Position numbers and translations under genes: made by a program. A DNA stretch of 63,748 bases. It comes from Octopus bimaculoides. Its lineage: Eukaryota. Under the pieces are notes generated by a model that did not search any database, was not told the DNA's origin, and saw only the letters and a program-made list of their open reading frames with translations. Below, one piece after another: positions 1 to 12,569 of this stretch (positions are counted from its first letter, which is position 1; each line of letters begins with the position of its first letter). The stretch lies in assembly GCF_001194135.2 (NCBI RefSeq), contig NC_068991.1:56193354-56257101 (forward strand), in the 5' to 3' direction.

Positions 1-207
1 TAATAATAATAATAATAATAGTTTCAAATTTTGGCACAAGGCCAGCAATTTTGAGGGAGAGGTTCAACTGGTATTTATTTTATCAACTCCAAAAGAATGG
101 AAAGCAAAGTCAACCTTGGCAGCATTTGAACTCAGAATGCAAAGACAGATGAAATGGCACTAAGCATTTTGCCTGGTATGCTAATGATTCTACCAGCTTG
201 TTGCCTT
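1..207 (-). mobile_element. SINE family B (long tRNA-like head, GCCTTTCATCCTTT...GATAAAATAAGTACCAG central block, (ATT)n tail); followed by the tail of a second copy from about 220
   Basis: Matches copies at 41683, 51664, 51892, 55590; flanked by (TAA)n on both sides. The central block resembles the Meta-SINE domain as I recall it (not verified). Confidence 0.75.
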
Positions 208-905
208 AATAATAATAATTCCTTATATAGGCACAAGGCCTGGGACTTTGGGATTCAACAAACCCAAAACTTGAATTGATTTAACCAAATATCACAAAAC
301 ATTTTGTCAATCAGTAACTCCTTCAATTATTCCAATCCAATATCCAGAATGAGGGATTGACTGAATCTTGCAAGTATTGGGTGGGGTGGGATGCCTTGTG
401 AAATCTATTCCAGCTCTTTGTATTCAGAACTGTATAGGCATTGTCTTTCCCTTGGGCAGTGTTTAGCCTTCTGCACATAGAAAAAAACAACAAAAAAGAC
501 CTTGTCAGGACAGCACCTTGCAGAGGAACTTCCTGGTGGTACAGATATTCAAACCAACTATGCTGAATGACAAAGGGCTTTAGCATTTTAACTGCTTTAC
601 AAACTTTATCATTATGCAGCAAGGTCTTGGACCATAATGATGTTGTTACGTAGAATTTTAATGGATGGCGTTTCAATTTGAATATGAATACTTAAAAATA
701 GTAGTGAGACTGGAAGGGTTAAGCACTAACTTTAAGTGTAAACTTTTCCCCAACCCTATACCAACACATGTTGGTATCAAACAGTTCTCACACACACACA
801 CACATTTGTTAGAGAAGTAACATAAGATGTGAGGAACAGTATAGGTTCACTTCATAAATTTCAGCAAGTTTTGAAGACATACACACTCATATTATGCACA
901 TATAT

Positions 906-955
<50 letters not shown>

Positions 956-1097
956 NNNNNNNNNNNNNNNNNNNNNNNNNNNNNNNNNNNNNNNNNNNNN
1001 NNNNNNNNNNNNNNNNNNNNNNNNNNNNNNNNNNNNNNNNNNNNNNNNNNNNNNNNNNNNNNNNNNNNNNNNNNNNNNNNNNNNNNNNNNNNNNNNN

Positions 1098-1166
<69 letters not shown>

Positions 1167-4100
1167 GAGAGATCAACACACACCCGCCTCAGATCCAATA
1201 CAGGAACTTCATATACTGAAAACAGCACAGTAAAAACAAGTGGTGAACAAGGTAACCAAGTGACATTCACACACACACAATATATGTGTGTGTGTGTGTG
1301 TAAATATATATATATATATATCGACTAATACACGGATGCACTTTTTTGATACACACCTTCTGCTGTGGTGAGGATTTATTTAATATATCTATCTATAGAC
1401 ATATATCTATGAGCGTATGTATGTATGCATATACGTGTGTGTGTGTGTAAATAGATAGATATCTGTGTGTGTGTATATGTACGGTAAATATATATATAAA
1501 TTATATATACACCCTCCTACTTCCTTTTATTTGTTTATTTTTATCTTTTACTTTCTAAAATAACACCCGCACCCAGAGCCAAAGACCTTTAGTGTTCTAC
1601 AATGACATCNNNNNNNNNNNNNNNNNNNNNNNNNNNNNNNNNNNNNNNNNNNNNNNNNNNNNNNNNNNNNNNNNNNNNNNNNNNNNNNNNNNNNNNNNNN
1701 NNNNNNNNNNNNNNNNNNNNNNNNNNNNNNNNNNNNNNNNNNNNNNNNNNNNNNNNNNNNNNNNNNNNNNNNNNNNNNNNNNNNNNNNNNNNNNNNNNNN
1801 NNNNNNNNNNNNNNNNNNNNNNNNNNNNNNNNNNNNNNNNNNNNNNNNTAGAAGATGAAATAATAAATAAATCGCTTTGCAACCACATGGTTTTGAGTTC
1901 AGTCCTATTGCATGGCAACTTGGACAAGTGTCTTCCACAATAATTTTAGACCAATCAATATTTTATGAGTGAATTTGGTATACAGAAACTGAATAAAAGC
2001 CTATCATATATATTATACATCATCATCATTTAACGTCTGCTGAGTCAGATAGCTGCATCAGGCTCCAATCTGATCTGGCAGAGTTTCTACAGCTGGATGC
2101 CCTTCCTAACGCCAACCACTCTGAGAGTGTAGTGGGTGCTTTTACGTGCCACCGGAACGCGGGCCAGTCAGGCGGTACTGACGATGACCACGCTCAAATG
2201 GCGTTTTTTATGTGCCACCTGCACAGGAGCCAGTCCAGTGGCACTAGCAACGACCTTGCTCAAATGTCTTTCACGTGCCACCGGCATGTATATTTATCTT
2301 TACCGCTATATTTGCCCCCCACTCACTGCTTAACAACCAATCTTGGTTTGTTTATATCCTTGTAGCTTGGTAGTTTGGCAAAAGTGACTGATAGAAGAAC
2401 CAGAGTCTTTGGATATACTTCTATCATATTCCAATCAGTTTAATTCTATTTCTGGATTCCTTTTTAACTACAATTAAATCTCATATGATAAAAAAAAAAC
2501 CCCCAATTATTTTTGTTTTAATCTGAAGAGACATTCAAGCGAGAGCTGTCAAGTACTTCAGTTGAGCAACATTCCATAACAAATAGTTTATTACTATTGA
2601 ATGTGTTTTAATAATCAGGACAGATACAACAATTATTTCAAATTCGGTTGTTAACCAAATCTGTAATCATCAATGTACGATTTATTTATATAGTCTCCAG
2701 GCAGAAAGAAAGACAACAGTTANNNNNNNNNNNNNNNNNNNNNNNNNNNNNNNNNNNNNNNNNNNNNNNNNNNNNNNNNNNNNNNNNNNNNNNNNNNNNN
2801 NNNNNNNNNNNNNNNNNNNNNNNNNNNNNNNNNNNNNNNNNNNNNNNNNNNNNNNNNNNNNNNNNNNNNNNNNNNNNNNNNNNNNNNNNNNNNNNNNNNN
2901 NNNNNNNNNNNNNNNNNNNNNNNNNNNNNNNNNNNNNNNNNNNNNNNNNNNNNNNNNNNNNNNNNNNNNNNNNNNNNNNNNNNNNNNNNNNNNNNNNNNN
3001 NNNNNNNNNNNNNNNNNNNNNNNNNNNNNNNNNNNNNNNNNNNNNNNNNNNNNNNNNNNNNNNNNNNNNNNNNNNNNNNNNNNNNNNNNNNNNNNNNNNN
3101 NNNNNNNNNNNNNNNNNNNNNNNNNNNNNNNNNNNNNNNNNNNNNNNNNNNNNNNNNNNNNNNNNNNNNNNNNNNNNNNNNNNNNNNNNNNNNNNNNNNN
3201 NNNNNNNNNNNNNNNNNNNNNNNNNNNNNNNNNNNNNNNNNNNNNNNNNNNNNNNNNNNNNNNNNNNNNNNNNNNNNNNNNNNNNNNNNNNNNNNNNNNN
3301 NNNNNNNNNNNNNNNNNATATATATATATATATATATATATATATCCAAAGAATAAGTCCTGGGGTCGATTTTCTCGACTAAAGGCGGTGCTCCAGCATG
3401 GCCATAGTCAAATGACTGAAACAAGTAAAAGAGTAAAAGAGTATATAGTAATGTTGGGTTTACTGACAAGAGGAGGGCATGGGTGGAGCAGGTTTATTCA
3501 GGTCCAACAAGACAATGAATCATAACATGTGACTTACATAATAAGTGCATCTGTTACCTGCATCAGTGGGGGTCAACCTGTCAGCAGATTGAACCAATGA
3601 GGAAAGCTCTATACAGCAGCTCTCAGTTGGCTAAAAATAGTAGTCAAACAAACTATTGAAAACTGTCTCTTTGTTAAATAAATAGTGTAGTGCTTAGTGA
3701 TAGATAAACCATGAACTCCTCCATTCATTTGGTTTTAACCCTTTAGCATTCAAACTTGTCATATCCTGCCCAAATATTCTATCTGGTCAGAGCTGGCCTT
3801 TCACACTTACCCTACAATGTCATTCTAAAAATATACAATCACATCAAAATTTCAAAGCTATGAGACAATTGCATGATCAATTCAAAATATAGTGAGTAAA
3901 ATAAGCATCACATTTCGAAGAGTATTCTGAGTGCTAAAGGGTAAAACTGACCGTTGATTCAACCAACTACACCTCTGTTTTAATCTCTAACAGTTTACTG
4001 ATTCCCAATAACATTATTCGAAGCTCTAAAGCAGCACCGAGTTTCAGTCTGTATAATACACACCATGCCAATATTGAACTTTCTAAAATGTTCTTTCCCC

Positions 4101-5862
4101 ACTCTTTAGCATTCAGCTATCAAAATGTAACTGATTGAAGAGATTACAGAAGGTGCAACATGGTATCGGGAGTGGAGATATGAGCAATGCTATACCAATA
4201 CTGTTAGATCAATTATCTCACTCTTAGCTAAACCAGACTTTGTTAAATAACACCACAACCAACAACAAATTATTGTTGCATGTATTTAAAAAAAAAGTTT
4301 CAGGTTTTCTCCATTGCCTTGCTTGCAATACAACATTAACAAAGGAACTTTTACAGATTTGCTTCTTTGACTCAATATGACAACCAGATCTCCCTTTATT
4401 GAGCCCTCTTCCATATTTCAAATGATCACCACCTCAAGTCTCTTCTGGCATCTATTCACCTTTATTTCTTAACTTTATCTTTGTCTGAACAACAACTATT
4501 AACCATGGAAATATAATTTCAGTCACTGAGTAATATAACTGGAATATTTTGTCATTCCTCACTACAACAAATATGTGTGTGTGTGTATTTGTGTATATGT
4601 AAGAAGTATGTACATGCTTATCTGTCTCTCTCTCTCTCTATATATATATATATGTATCATTATCATCAATAGTTTAACGTCTACTTTTCCATGCTTGCAT
4701 GGGTCAGATGGAATTCAGAGGCAGACTTTCTGCAGCTGAATGCCCCTCCTGTCATCAACCCATGACTATTTACAAGCAAGGTCATATTTGCAATAAAACA
4801 GACCACAACAAATAACTGTATCTACGAATGCCTGTGATGTAGTCAAAGTGTCAGAAGGAGTAGAACATACCAAACCACCATATCAGTTCCCTTCATACAC
4901 CACTAAATGGTATTACCAATTCTTTCCTAAATTTCCTGCATATTGTTTTCCACTAAGCAAGGGGATCTTTTTTTTTTTCACTTGCAAATATCCTAAAAAC
5001 CAAAATAATTTTGCTTGCTGTAAAGACAACACTTTTTATATCTCATAGATTTTGTGAAACGGTTTAGGATATCAAGTTTTGAATTAAATTTAACCAAAAA
5101 TTGTCTTGCCTACTAACTGTTATGTCATCCATTAAACATTGTCAATATGTCTCCAAAATAAGCAAAAAGGAAGAAAAAAATTACACTTTATAAACAGATT
5201 GATTTATTGTCTTTGTGACACTAAAAATACAAAATCTCTACTGTTTGTCAGTTCTGATTATTAGAAAATCTAATAACAGACTACCTATTATAATCATATC
5301 AATCTACCACCAACTTTATGCCAACCTCTCCACCTCTATTGATTATGTGTATGTGTAAAAGCATACATATATACACAGACATCTGTACACATCATATGTA
5401 TGTGTAAAAGCATACATACATACATACACACATACACACAGTTTTTGTATTCGGTTTGGAAGATTCTTGAAGTGAACTTGTGTGCTGAAACAGAATTTTA
5501 CTGTCTCTCAAGAGGGTCTTTATGCCAATAATAAACACACACACTGGCTCTGTTTCATTTCTGTTATTATCATTAATCAACTAGTTAACCATTTGATAAA
5601 TTAACTAATCGGTTGTTTGGTCAATCAATCGATCAATCAATCACTCAACTAGGTTCATCAGAGTCCTTTTATCATTATTGCTAACCACATCAATGATGTA
5701 TCCTCTCTACTCCAGATCTGTCCTGGAGCCAATTCACTAATTGATTGACTGAACAATTAACCAAATAACTGAGTAGTTAAATACACACACACACACATAT
5801 GCATATATAGATATTATAGATACACATACGTATATGTAAATGTGTGTATATGTATGTGTTTG

Positions 5863-5918
<56 letters not shown>

Positions 5919-6036
5919 ATACATATGGATTGGTATCAAGATATCTTGAATGTGGTGAAGCGAGATGTAAATAGCAAGAGAAGATAACTGATGATATAAC
6001 TGGGAAAGTAAGGGAATTCAGTTATGAAGTACTTAC

Positions 6037-6156
6037 TTGCCCCAGCAAACTGATATTGATATCCAGTCACAGTGAGATGGGCATCACTAAAGCCTCCATC
6101 CTTATCGGCAGCAGAGTTATACCCTGAGCTGGCCACTTCAGGTAGAGTGGTCTCAT
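6037..6156 (-). CDS. LRIG: LRIG cytoplasmic exon, 120 bp, phase 1-1: (D)ETTLPEVASSGYNSAADKDGGFSDAHLTVTGYQYQFAGA
   Basis: Acceptor catgtttgtag|AT, donor A|gtaagt; completes the T-D-E-T-x-x-P motif begun in the previous exon. Confidence 0.88.
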
Positions 6157-6323
6157 CTACAAACATGATTAGAAGTGGAATTTAAATAGATGACTACCAA
6201 ATGACAGTGAGAAGGAAGGGAGTCGGCAGAGAGAATAAAGCAGATGTGGTAGCTGAAGCTTAAGGAGATTGGAAAAGGTTTTAAGGCTAGAGGTTTTTTG
6301 GTAAGGACTATTTGATATTAGTT

Positions 6324-6690
6324 CTATATTTAAGAGATGAGGAATTATTAACATTATTTACATTTGACGGATATTTGTCCTCATCTTGTTTGTTGTTAAC
6401 ACAACGTTTCGGCTGATATACCCTCCAGCCATATGCCTACTGGCATAGTGGTTAAGAGCGCGGGCTACTAACCCCAAGGTTCCGAGCTCGATTCACGGCA
6501 GCGACCTGATTAATAATAGTAATAATAATAACAATAATATAATAATAGTAACATCGTTAGGAATGAGAACCCAGGTTCGAAATTTCCCCAAGACACCTGA
6601 CGAAGGCTGGAGGGTATATCAGCCGAAACGTTGTGTTAACAACAAACAAGATGAGGACAAATATCCGTAAAATATAAATAATGTAAATAA
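6324..6690 (+). mobile_element. Non-autonomous retroelement: tRNA-like Pol III head + (TAA)n + hammerhead-containing tail, preceded by an inverted partial tail copy; 15-bp TSD
   Basis: TSD tatttgatattagtt at 6309-6323 and 6691-6705; inverted repeat about 6345-6430 vs 6605-6690; A-box TGGCATAGTGG 6441-6451; B-box-like GCTCGATTC 6486-6494; hammerhead 6592-6637. Confidence 0.85.
6592..6637 (+). ncRNA. Minimal type I hammerhead ribozyme motif (Penelope-type), predicted cleavage GUU after 6632
   Basis: Stem I GACAC (6592-96)/GTGTT (6633-37); core CTGACGA (6597-6603) plus extra A; stem II GGCTG (6605-09)/CAGCC (6620-24); GAA 6625-27; loopless palindromic stem III ACGT 6628-31; N17 = T6632. Confidence 0.8.
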
Positions 6691-7003
6691 TATTTGATAT
6701 TAGTTGCAGATGATAAAGAAAAAGTTGTTAAGGGTTCTGATAATAGACTATATATTTATTTTTATTCAACACTTTATAAATATGAAAACAAAATAACAAA
6801 ACAAAAAAAGTGTGCATGAAACTGCTTATAGAACTTAAACTATGCTAATCTTTGCACCAAAATAACAAAGCACACCCCTTTCCATTCAAGTCAGTGCTTA
6901 TAAAGTGCCAGTATGCCAGTAACATTGTTTATCTCTCTCTCTCTCTTCTACTACACAAAGTCTCTGCTATTTCACAATGCTTAACTCTTGGTTATATAAA
7001 GCT

Positions 7004-7320
7004 GTGTGAAGGTGTGTGGCTTAGTGGTTAGGTTACTTGACTCACAATTGTAAGGTCATGAGTTCAATACCTGGCAGCACGTTGTCTCCTTGAGCAAGAC
7101 AATTTACTTCACGTTACTCCAATCCACTCAGCTAGCAAAAATGAGTAGTATCTGTAATTCAAAGGGCCAGCTGTGTCACACTGAATCTACCTGAGAACTA
7201 CATTAAAGTTACGTATGTCTGTGGAATGCTCAGCCACTTGCAAATTAATTTCAAGAGCAGGCTGTTCCATTGATTAGATTAATTGAAACGCTTGTCGTTG
7301 TAACCGATGAAATGCCAGTT
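7004..7320 (+). mobile_element. SINE family D (tRNA head, CORE-like block, 3' body gtgtcacactgaatct...cagccacttgc...gcaggctgttcc); related copy about 44598-44929 (-)
   Basis: A-box tggcttagtgg, B-box gttcaatac, ccttgagcaagac block; 3' body shared with the 16341 copy. Confidence 0.75.
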
Positions 7321-8420
7321 AATTCATAAAGCTGTACAAATATAACTTCAGTCTCTCTTTATTCAGTTATTGTTCATTATTTAATTCAGAAATTCTCAGT
7401 GTTATTATGATTTCGTAAAAGACTTTCGGTTTTTTTACTAACAGTGATAAAATGTGTTACATTCTTAAAAGTTGGGTTACAAAATTTTTTTTTAATGCTT
7501 GACATAATTACTAATTTGCAACAGAAAACAGCAATAGTCAACTGGTAGAACTACAAAAATATATCTATTACTTGCCGAGTGAGCAGATTACAGCACTTAT
7601 CTGGCAAGAAATAAATATATGACTTGTGTCCTATCAACATTTCTTCTGTTTTAAACTGGGCCTTATAATAGTCTCTAACATCAAAAGTATTTTTCTTTTT
7701 TACTACTTATATTCCATCCAATTGTCAAATAAATTTTCCACACAATTTTTACAATTGTCACAGAAAAACTTGGAAGTTCAGTTGTCAAAGAAAAAAAAAC
7801 CCTCTTAAAAATCCAGTTTTGATTATATTTTGATATATTATATGCACACTGAATTCAATTACTATCATGAAAACCAAGTAGAGCTTCAAGATTTCACTAA
7901 TTAACCTCAGAGGTCAGAATTGAAACCTGGAGATTCAAGTAATATATTAACATATTGAAACAGATAAAGCTAATTTTGGGAAAAAAAACTTATAATTATA
8001 TAAGCAAATAATAGAATTGCTAAAGCAGTTGAAATTTACATCAGTAAACTGTTCACATGGTCACACTCAGTCTAAATATACTGACACATGTATCAGCTAA
8101 TCACATGGAAAGTCAAATCTCACCAACTCCAATGAGGATATAGCATGAGTCTTATGGAACACAAGTCCTACATAAATTAAACACAAACACTGAAGAAAGT
8201 AAATGTCATAAAACTGTCTTTTGGAATATCAAACAATGACTGATAAGTTATTGTTCTTTGGACCTGGCATTAAAACTGCTCTTGATGATGGTGATGGTTG
8301 TGGTAACAGTGGGTAAATTAAAAAGTTTTATGTAGAGAAAATACAGTTTGAAACTACCTCTTTCTAGCAACCCACATAGAATATACAATTATAAAACGAT
8401 AACAAGTGTGATTAAATGAG

Positions 8421-8423
<3 letters not shown>

Positions 8424-8484
<61 letters not shown>
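8424..8484. repeat. (TG)n microsatellite, representative of dozens of (TG/CA)n, (TA)n, (GA)n, (TAA)n, (CAT)n, (TAGA)n tracts in the window
   Basis: Direct reading; many N-gaps begin or end in such tracts (e.g. 910-1170, 3318, 57479). Confidence 0.95.
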
Positions 8485-8488
<4 letters not shown>

Positions 8489-9927
8489 GTAGGAGGAGTT
8501 TACAGGCAAGATTATGGGAAGAATGACAAAGAAAAGTGAGTCCGTGAGAAAATACGCCGAGAAAGCACTAGAAACAAGGGAATGAAAATTAAAATAATGT
8601 GGGAAATTTCAGAAGCTTTAAAGAGTAATAAAGTAGTAAAATGTGAAATGAGTCCAGTTTCAATGTGACTGAACAAACATTGTTTTGAAGCTGATGAAGA
8701 AAAAAAGAAAAGAGAATGCGAAGAAATAATTTCTGTGAAGTGAGAGAAAAACGAGTTTTGTTTGTTTCAAAGTTTTCTCTTTGATTCAAGATATAATTAA
8801 CATTAGCTCTCTTCTCTTACGAAACTGAAGTAATGTTGAACAACAGATTACAAATGGTTTCTACTCATACTCAGTACTCTGATGACAAAATAGCTTATTA
8901 AGAACAAAAATGAGGGAAAAAAATCTTTGAAAGACCCCTTAGATCATAAGAAAAAAGAAAAGTAGTTATGTATATTACAGTACGGGGAGGGGGGAAGTCA
9001 CTTACTTTATATACGTGCACAATATTAACCCAATAACAAACAGAACAGTGGAAGAAGGGTGTTAGGAGTACTAAATCAGAGTGTGTTGAACAACATACTA
9101 ATAAGGTAATGTGGGATATGGTTATAAAATAAACACCATATGTTTACATGACAGTATATTACTAAGTGTATTGTCAGAAAATATGAAAGAAAAAAAAAAA
9201 GAAAGTAAGAGTGTGCAAGTAGCTCAGCCAGAGTGTACATGTCCCTCCCTTATCAACATGAATGAGAGAGGGAGCAGAATGAGGAGACAGGTAAAAAGAG
9301 ATACCAAAAATAAGGAATGAACCATTTTGAGGAACAGAGAAAAAAATAAATAAATAATAAATAAAGTTTAGAATTAGGCAGAAGAGAAAAATGTCCCAAT
9401 TATCATATTTTTAATTAAGAGGTGACAGCTAAGAGAAAAACATGGTGGACTGGATATGTTCTTTTAAAAAGCTGTTTCTGGAAATTTTTGTTGTTATTGT
9501 TTAGACCTCTCTCCACCAACCCCAGTGAAGTCAGATCAGAGGTTTTCCAACTGCGATATGACATAGTGCATCTAGGAGTACATTATTCGATATGCTCTTT
9601 ACGCCCCCCCCCACCAGATGGTAGGGTGTGATTTAAGGGGTACTTGGATGGTATTTATAGCAGGTTGAAAGCAAATGTATTGAAGCTCTGTCAATGACTT
9701 GTTTCAAGTTATTTGAGAAAAGTTTGAGATTTGGAAGCAGACAGAGAGAAAAATATGTCTTAGCAGACTAATTTAGATATTTCAGTTAGGCCCCCTCCAA
9801 AATAATATGGTGGATATTAAGGGATAATAGTTTCTGATAATCTTTAAGAAAAATATACATATTCCCAGCATGATTGCAGTCAAATGACTGCAACAAGTAA
9901 AAGAATAAAAGAATATATATTTGTATA

Positions 9928-10260
9928 GGTGCAGGTGTGGCAAGAAGTTTGCTTCCTGACCACATGGTTCCGGGTTCAGTCCCACTGCATGGCACCTTTG
10001 GCAAGTGTCTTCTACAATAGCCTTGGGCTGAACAAAGCCTTGTGATTGGATTTGGTAAAAGGAAACTAAAAGAAGCATCAGATGTGTATGTGTGTGTTTG
10101 TATCTGTTTGTCCCTCATCACTGCTTGACAACTGGTGTTAGTGTGTTTACGTCCCTGTAAACTAGCGGTTTGGCAAAAGAAACTGATAAAATAAGTACCA
10201 GGCTTAAAAAAAAAAAAGTCACAGCCTAATGACTTCAAGAAGTAAAAGATAAAATAAAAA
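9928..10260 (+). mobile_element. SINE family A copy, preceded by an isolated family A tail at about 9860-9915
   Basis: Head, CORE-like block and 3' body match the 52105 copy. Confidence 0.8.
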
Positions 10261-12116
10261 GGATATATAAATACATTATACGTGTAAGGTTAAGAAGCTC
10301 CCTTCCCAAGTGAACTTTTAGTGCCTTCTGCTATAATCTTGAGAGTGAATTTGGTAGACAAAAACTGAAAGATGTCTGTTTTACATACACACGCACACAC
10401 ACACATGTAGGTATGTTGTGTGTGTAAAAGTGTGTCTGCGTATGTGTTTAATATGTGGGCTCTACAAAAATGACTGAACAGTGTTGTTGTCACTTTTGTC
10501 AACAAATTGCCTGCTTGCTTTGCACCTTCAATTATGTGTAGAATACAGGATCTCATACTTGAAAAACAGAAAAGGGGTTGAAGACAAGAAGGGCATCTGG
10601 CTGGAAAACAATGCCTCAATGATATATTCACCTAACCCATGCAACCATGGAAAAATAGATGTTAAAAAAAAAGAAACGAAACCTTTCGTCATTTGGCACA
10701 AAGCTACTCCCCTTCAATACAACTCCCAACTCAGTTGAGGAGTCATGTCTTGCAAGTTACTTGGTGACCCCACTGGTGCTGATGCAACATAATATATAAA
10801 AAGCATCTCGTACATTTTTTTAAGTGGTTGGCATTAAAAAGGGCATCAAGCCATAGAAACCAGGCTATAACACAGTAGTGTTCTGGCTTGCCAGTTCCTG
10901 TCAAAACATTCAACCATACCAACATGAAAAGTGTTGGTTAAAATAAATATAATCTATTTATATATATTAACTGACAAAATATATACTTGTACTTTTGTTA
11001 AAAGATATATTCTGATATGATCATCCACTCTTTCATTTTTTTAAGCATTGGACTACATTTGCAGCCAAAGTGTCTCACTTTATTTTTAAGAGAATAAGGA
11101 GTGATTTGAGAGAAATTTTCAGCTGCTATTTCTAGATAGTTTGAGCAACTATGAAACATCACTTGTTAATATGAGCAATTATCATCTTTGTTACAAATAC
11201 ATATCAACATTATGTATGTCATTATTTATAACCCTACACAAACACACACGTGTTTTTAAGGAGTTACATAAATTCTCTGGCTGTAGGGCATTACAGAAGA
11301 ACTGGTTTTCCCCCATCATAATTCAAAGAATGATACATTGGAATTGGTTCCTCCAGATCTCTTGAAAGATTTGAAGTTGAACTCTGCTAGAAGCTTGAGT
11401 TATTTCAGCTCTGTAGTAGCCATTTACAACTACACGATGAAGAGAGGGCTATCTGAGAGGTAAGTGTCTTGGCTATTAACTCAAAACTGCTGAAGACAAG
11501 ATATGAACTTCAGACCTCTTGGTTGTTTTCCTGCTACTTGTACTGTCACTCTGCACTTGTCCTTTGTAACTCACAATGCATTCATTATTGACCATTTTTA
11601 CACTTTTAACATTAATCCTAACAGAGAAAATATGTGCTTTAAATACGAAACCAACAAACTACTAAGTTACTAGTGAGTTGTAACACCAGCACCATGTTGC
11701 TCTCAGCTTATTCTTGTTTTGTTGTTGAGTAACCAATGAAATGCTTAAGAACCCCCCCCCCCTAGTTACAACTCTGATGCTCTACATATTATCTTTTCCT
11801 TGTTTTAGTCATTGGACAGCAGTCATGCTAGGGCACTGTCTTGAAGTATTCTAGTTAAACTGCCTCAGTACTTGGTTATTTTTGAAATTCTGGCACACAT
11901 TCTATCAGTTATTTTACCAAATTGCTAAGTCACAGGGATACAAACACACCAACACCAGTTGGAGGGGATGGGGACATTAATACTGACACAAAGACACATG
12001 ACTATGACATGTGTGCAGCTACTTTTCAGGGAAAGTTGAACATCAACCAAACTAACGAATACTTCTCAAGCTTTCAACCAAACTTTGAAAAATAAATTTA
12101 ATATTATGTATCTTAC

Positions 12117-12569
12117 CTGTTGGTGTAGCACTGTATTCTTCTGGGCGTTTTCTGGTCTGGTAAATAATTATGACCCACACTAGTGAGGTACCGACTACAG
12201 AGCATATAACGGCAATAATAATAATACCAGTAGTGGTGCTGCTATTTTCTAGTCCATTATCACTGTATGCTGCAGGGTCTAAATTCCTTGATGAAGACAC
12301 TATCAATTTGGTAGTGCCACGTTCTAAGCCTAGTGTATTTGACAGTTCACAGGTGTATATTCCTGCATCTGATGTTACAGTATCCATAATTACCAATAGT
12401 TGATCACTTGCTGTGAAGTGATGCCTACGAGTTGGTCGCAATAAAATGTTATCTTTCAGCCAAGTCAGTTTAGGCTTTGGACTTCCTGATGCCATACACT
12501 CCAGTACCGTGGTTTCTCCAAGTCTGATAACCTTCTGTGGAATCATTGGTCGAGTGAAAGAAGGAATTT
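12117..12569 (-). CDS. LRIG: LRIG Ig3 + transmembrane exon, 453 bp, phase 1-1: (E)IPSFTRPMIPQKVIRLGETTVLECMASGSPKPKLTWLKD...GIIIIAVICSVVGTSLVWVIIIYQTRKRPEEYSATPT
   Basis: Acceptor tttcttcacag|AA, donor G|gtaaga; ORF 12052..12546. Confidence 0.96.

Noticed and set aside
323-676. 117-aa minus-strand ORF and an acceptor-like site near 472 as a possible next LRIG exon
   Set aside because: The phase-1 frame required after exon 6037 hits a stop at once; no recognisable similarity; cannot be supported without transcripts.
3538-3630. 93-bp AG/GT-bounded open segment (PTESCCIELSS...) on the minus strand
   Set aside because: Open only in phase 0; the required phase-1 frame has TGA in the second full codon, and it overlaps repeat family I.
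6434-6510. tRNA-like sequences here and at 7004, 14148, 16650-16724, 52105 as tRNA genes
   Set aside because: No proper acceptor stem or downstream T-run, and they continue into repeat bodies; they are SINE heads.
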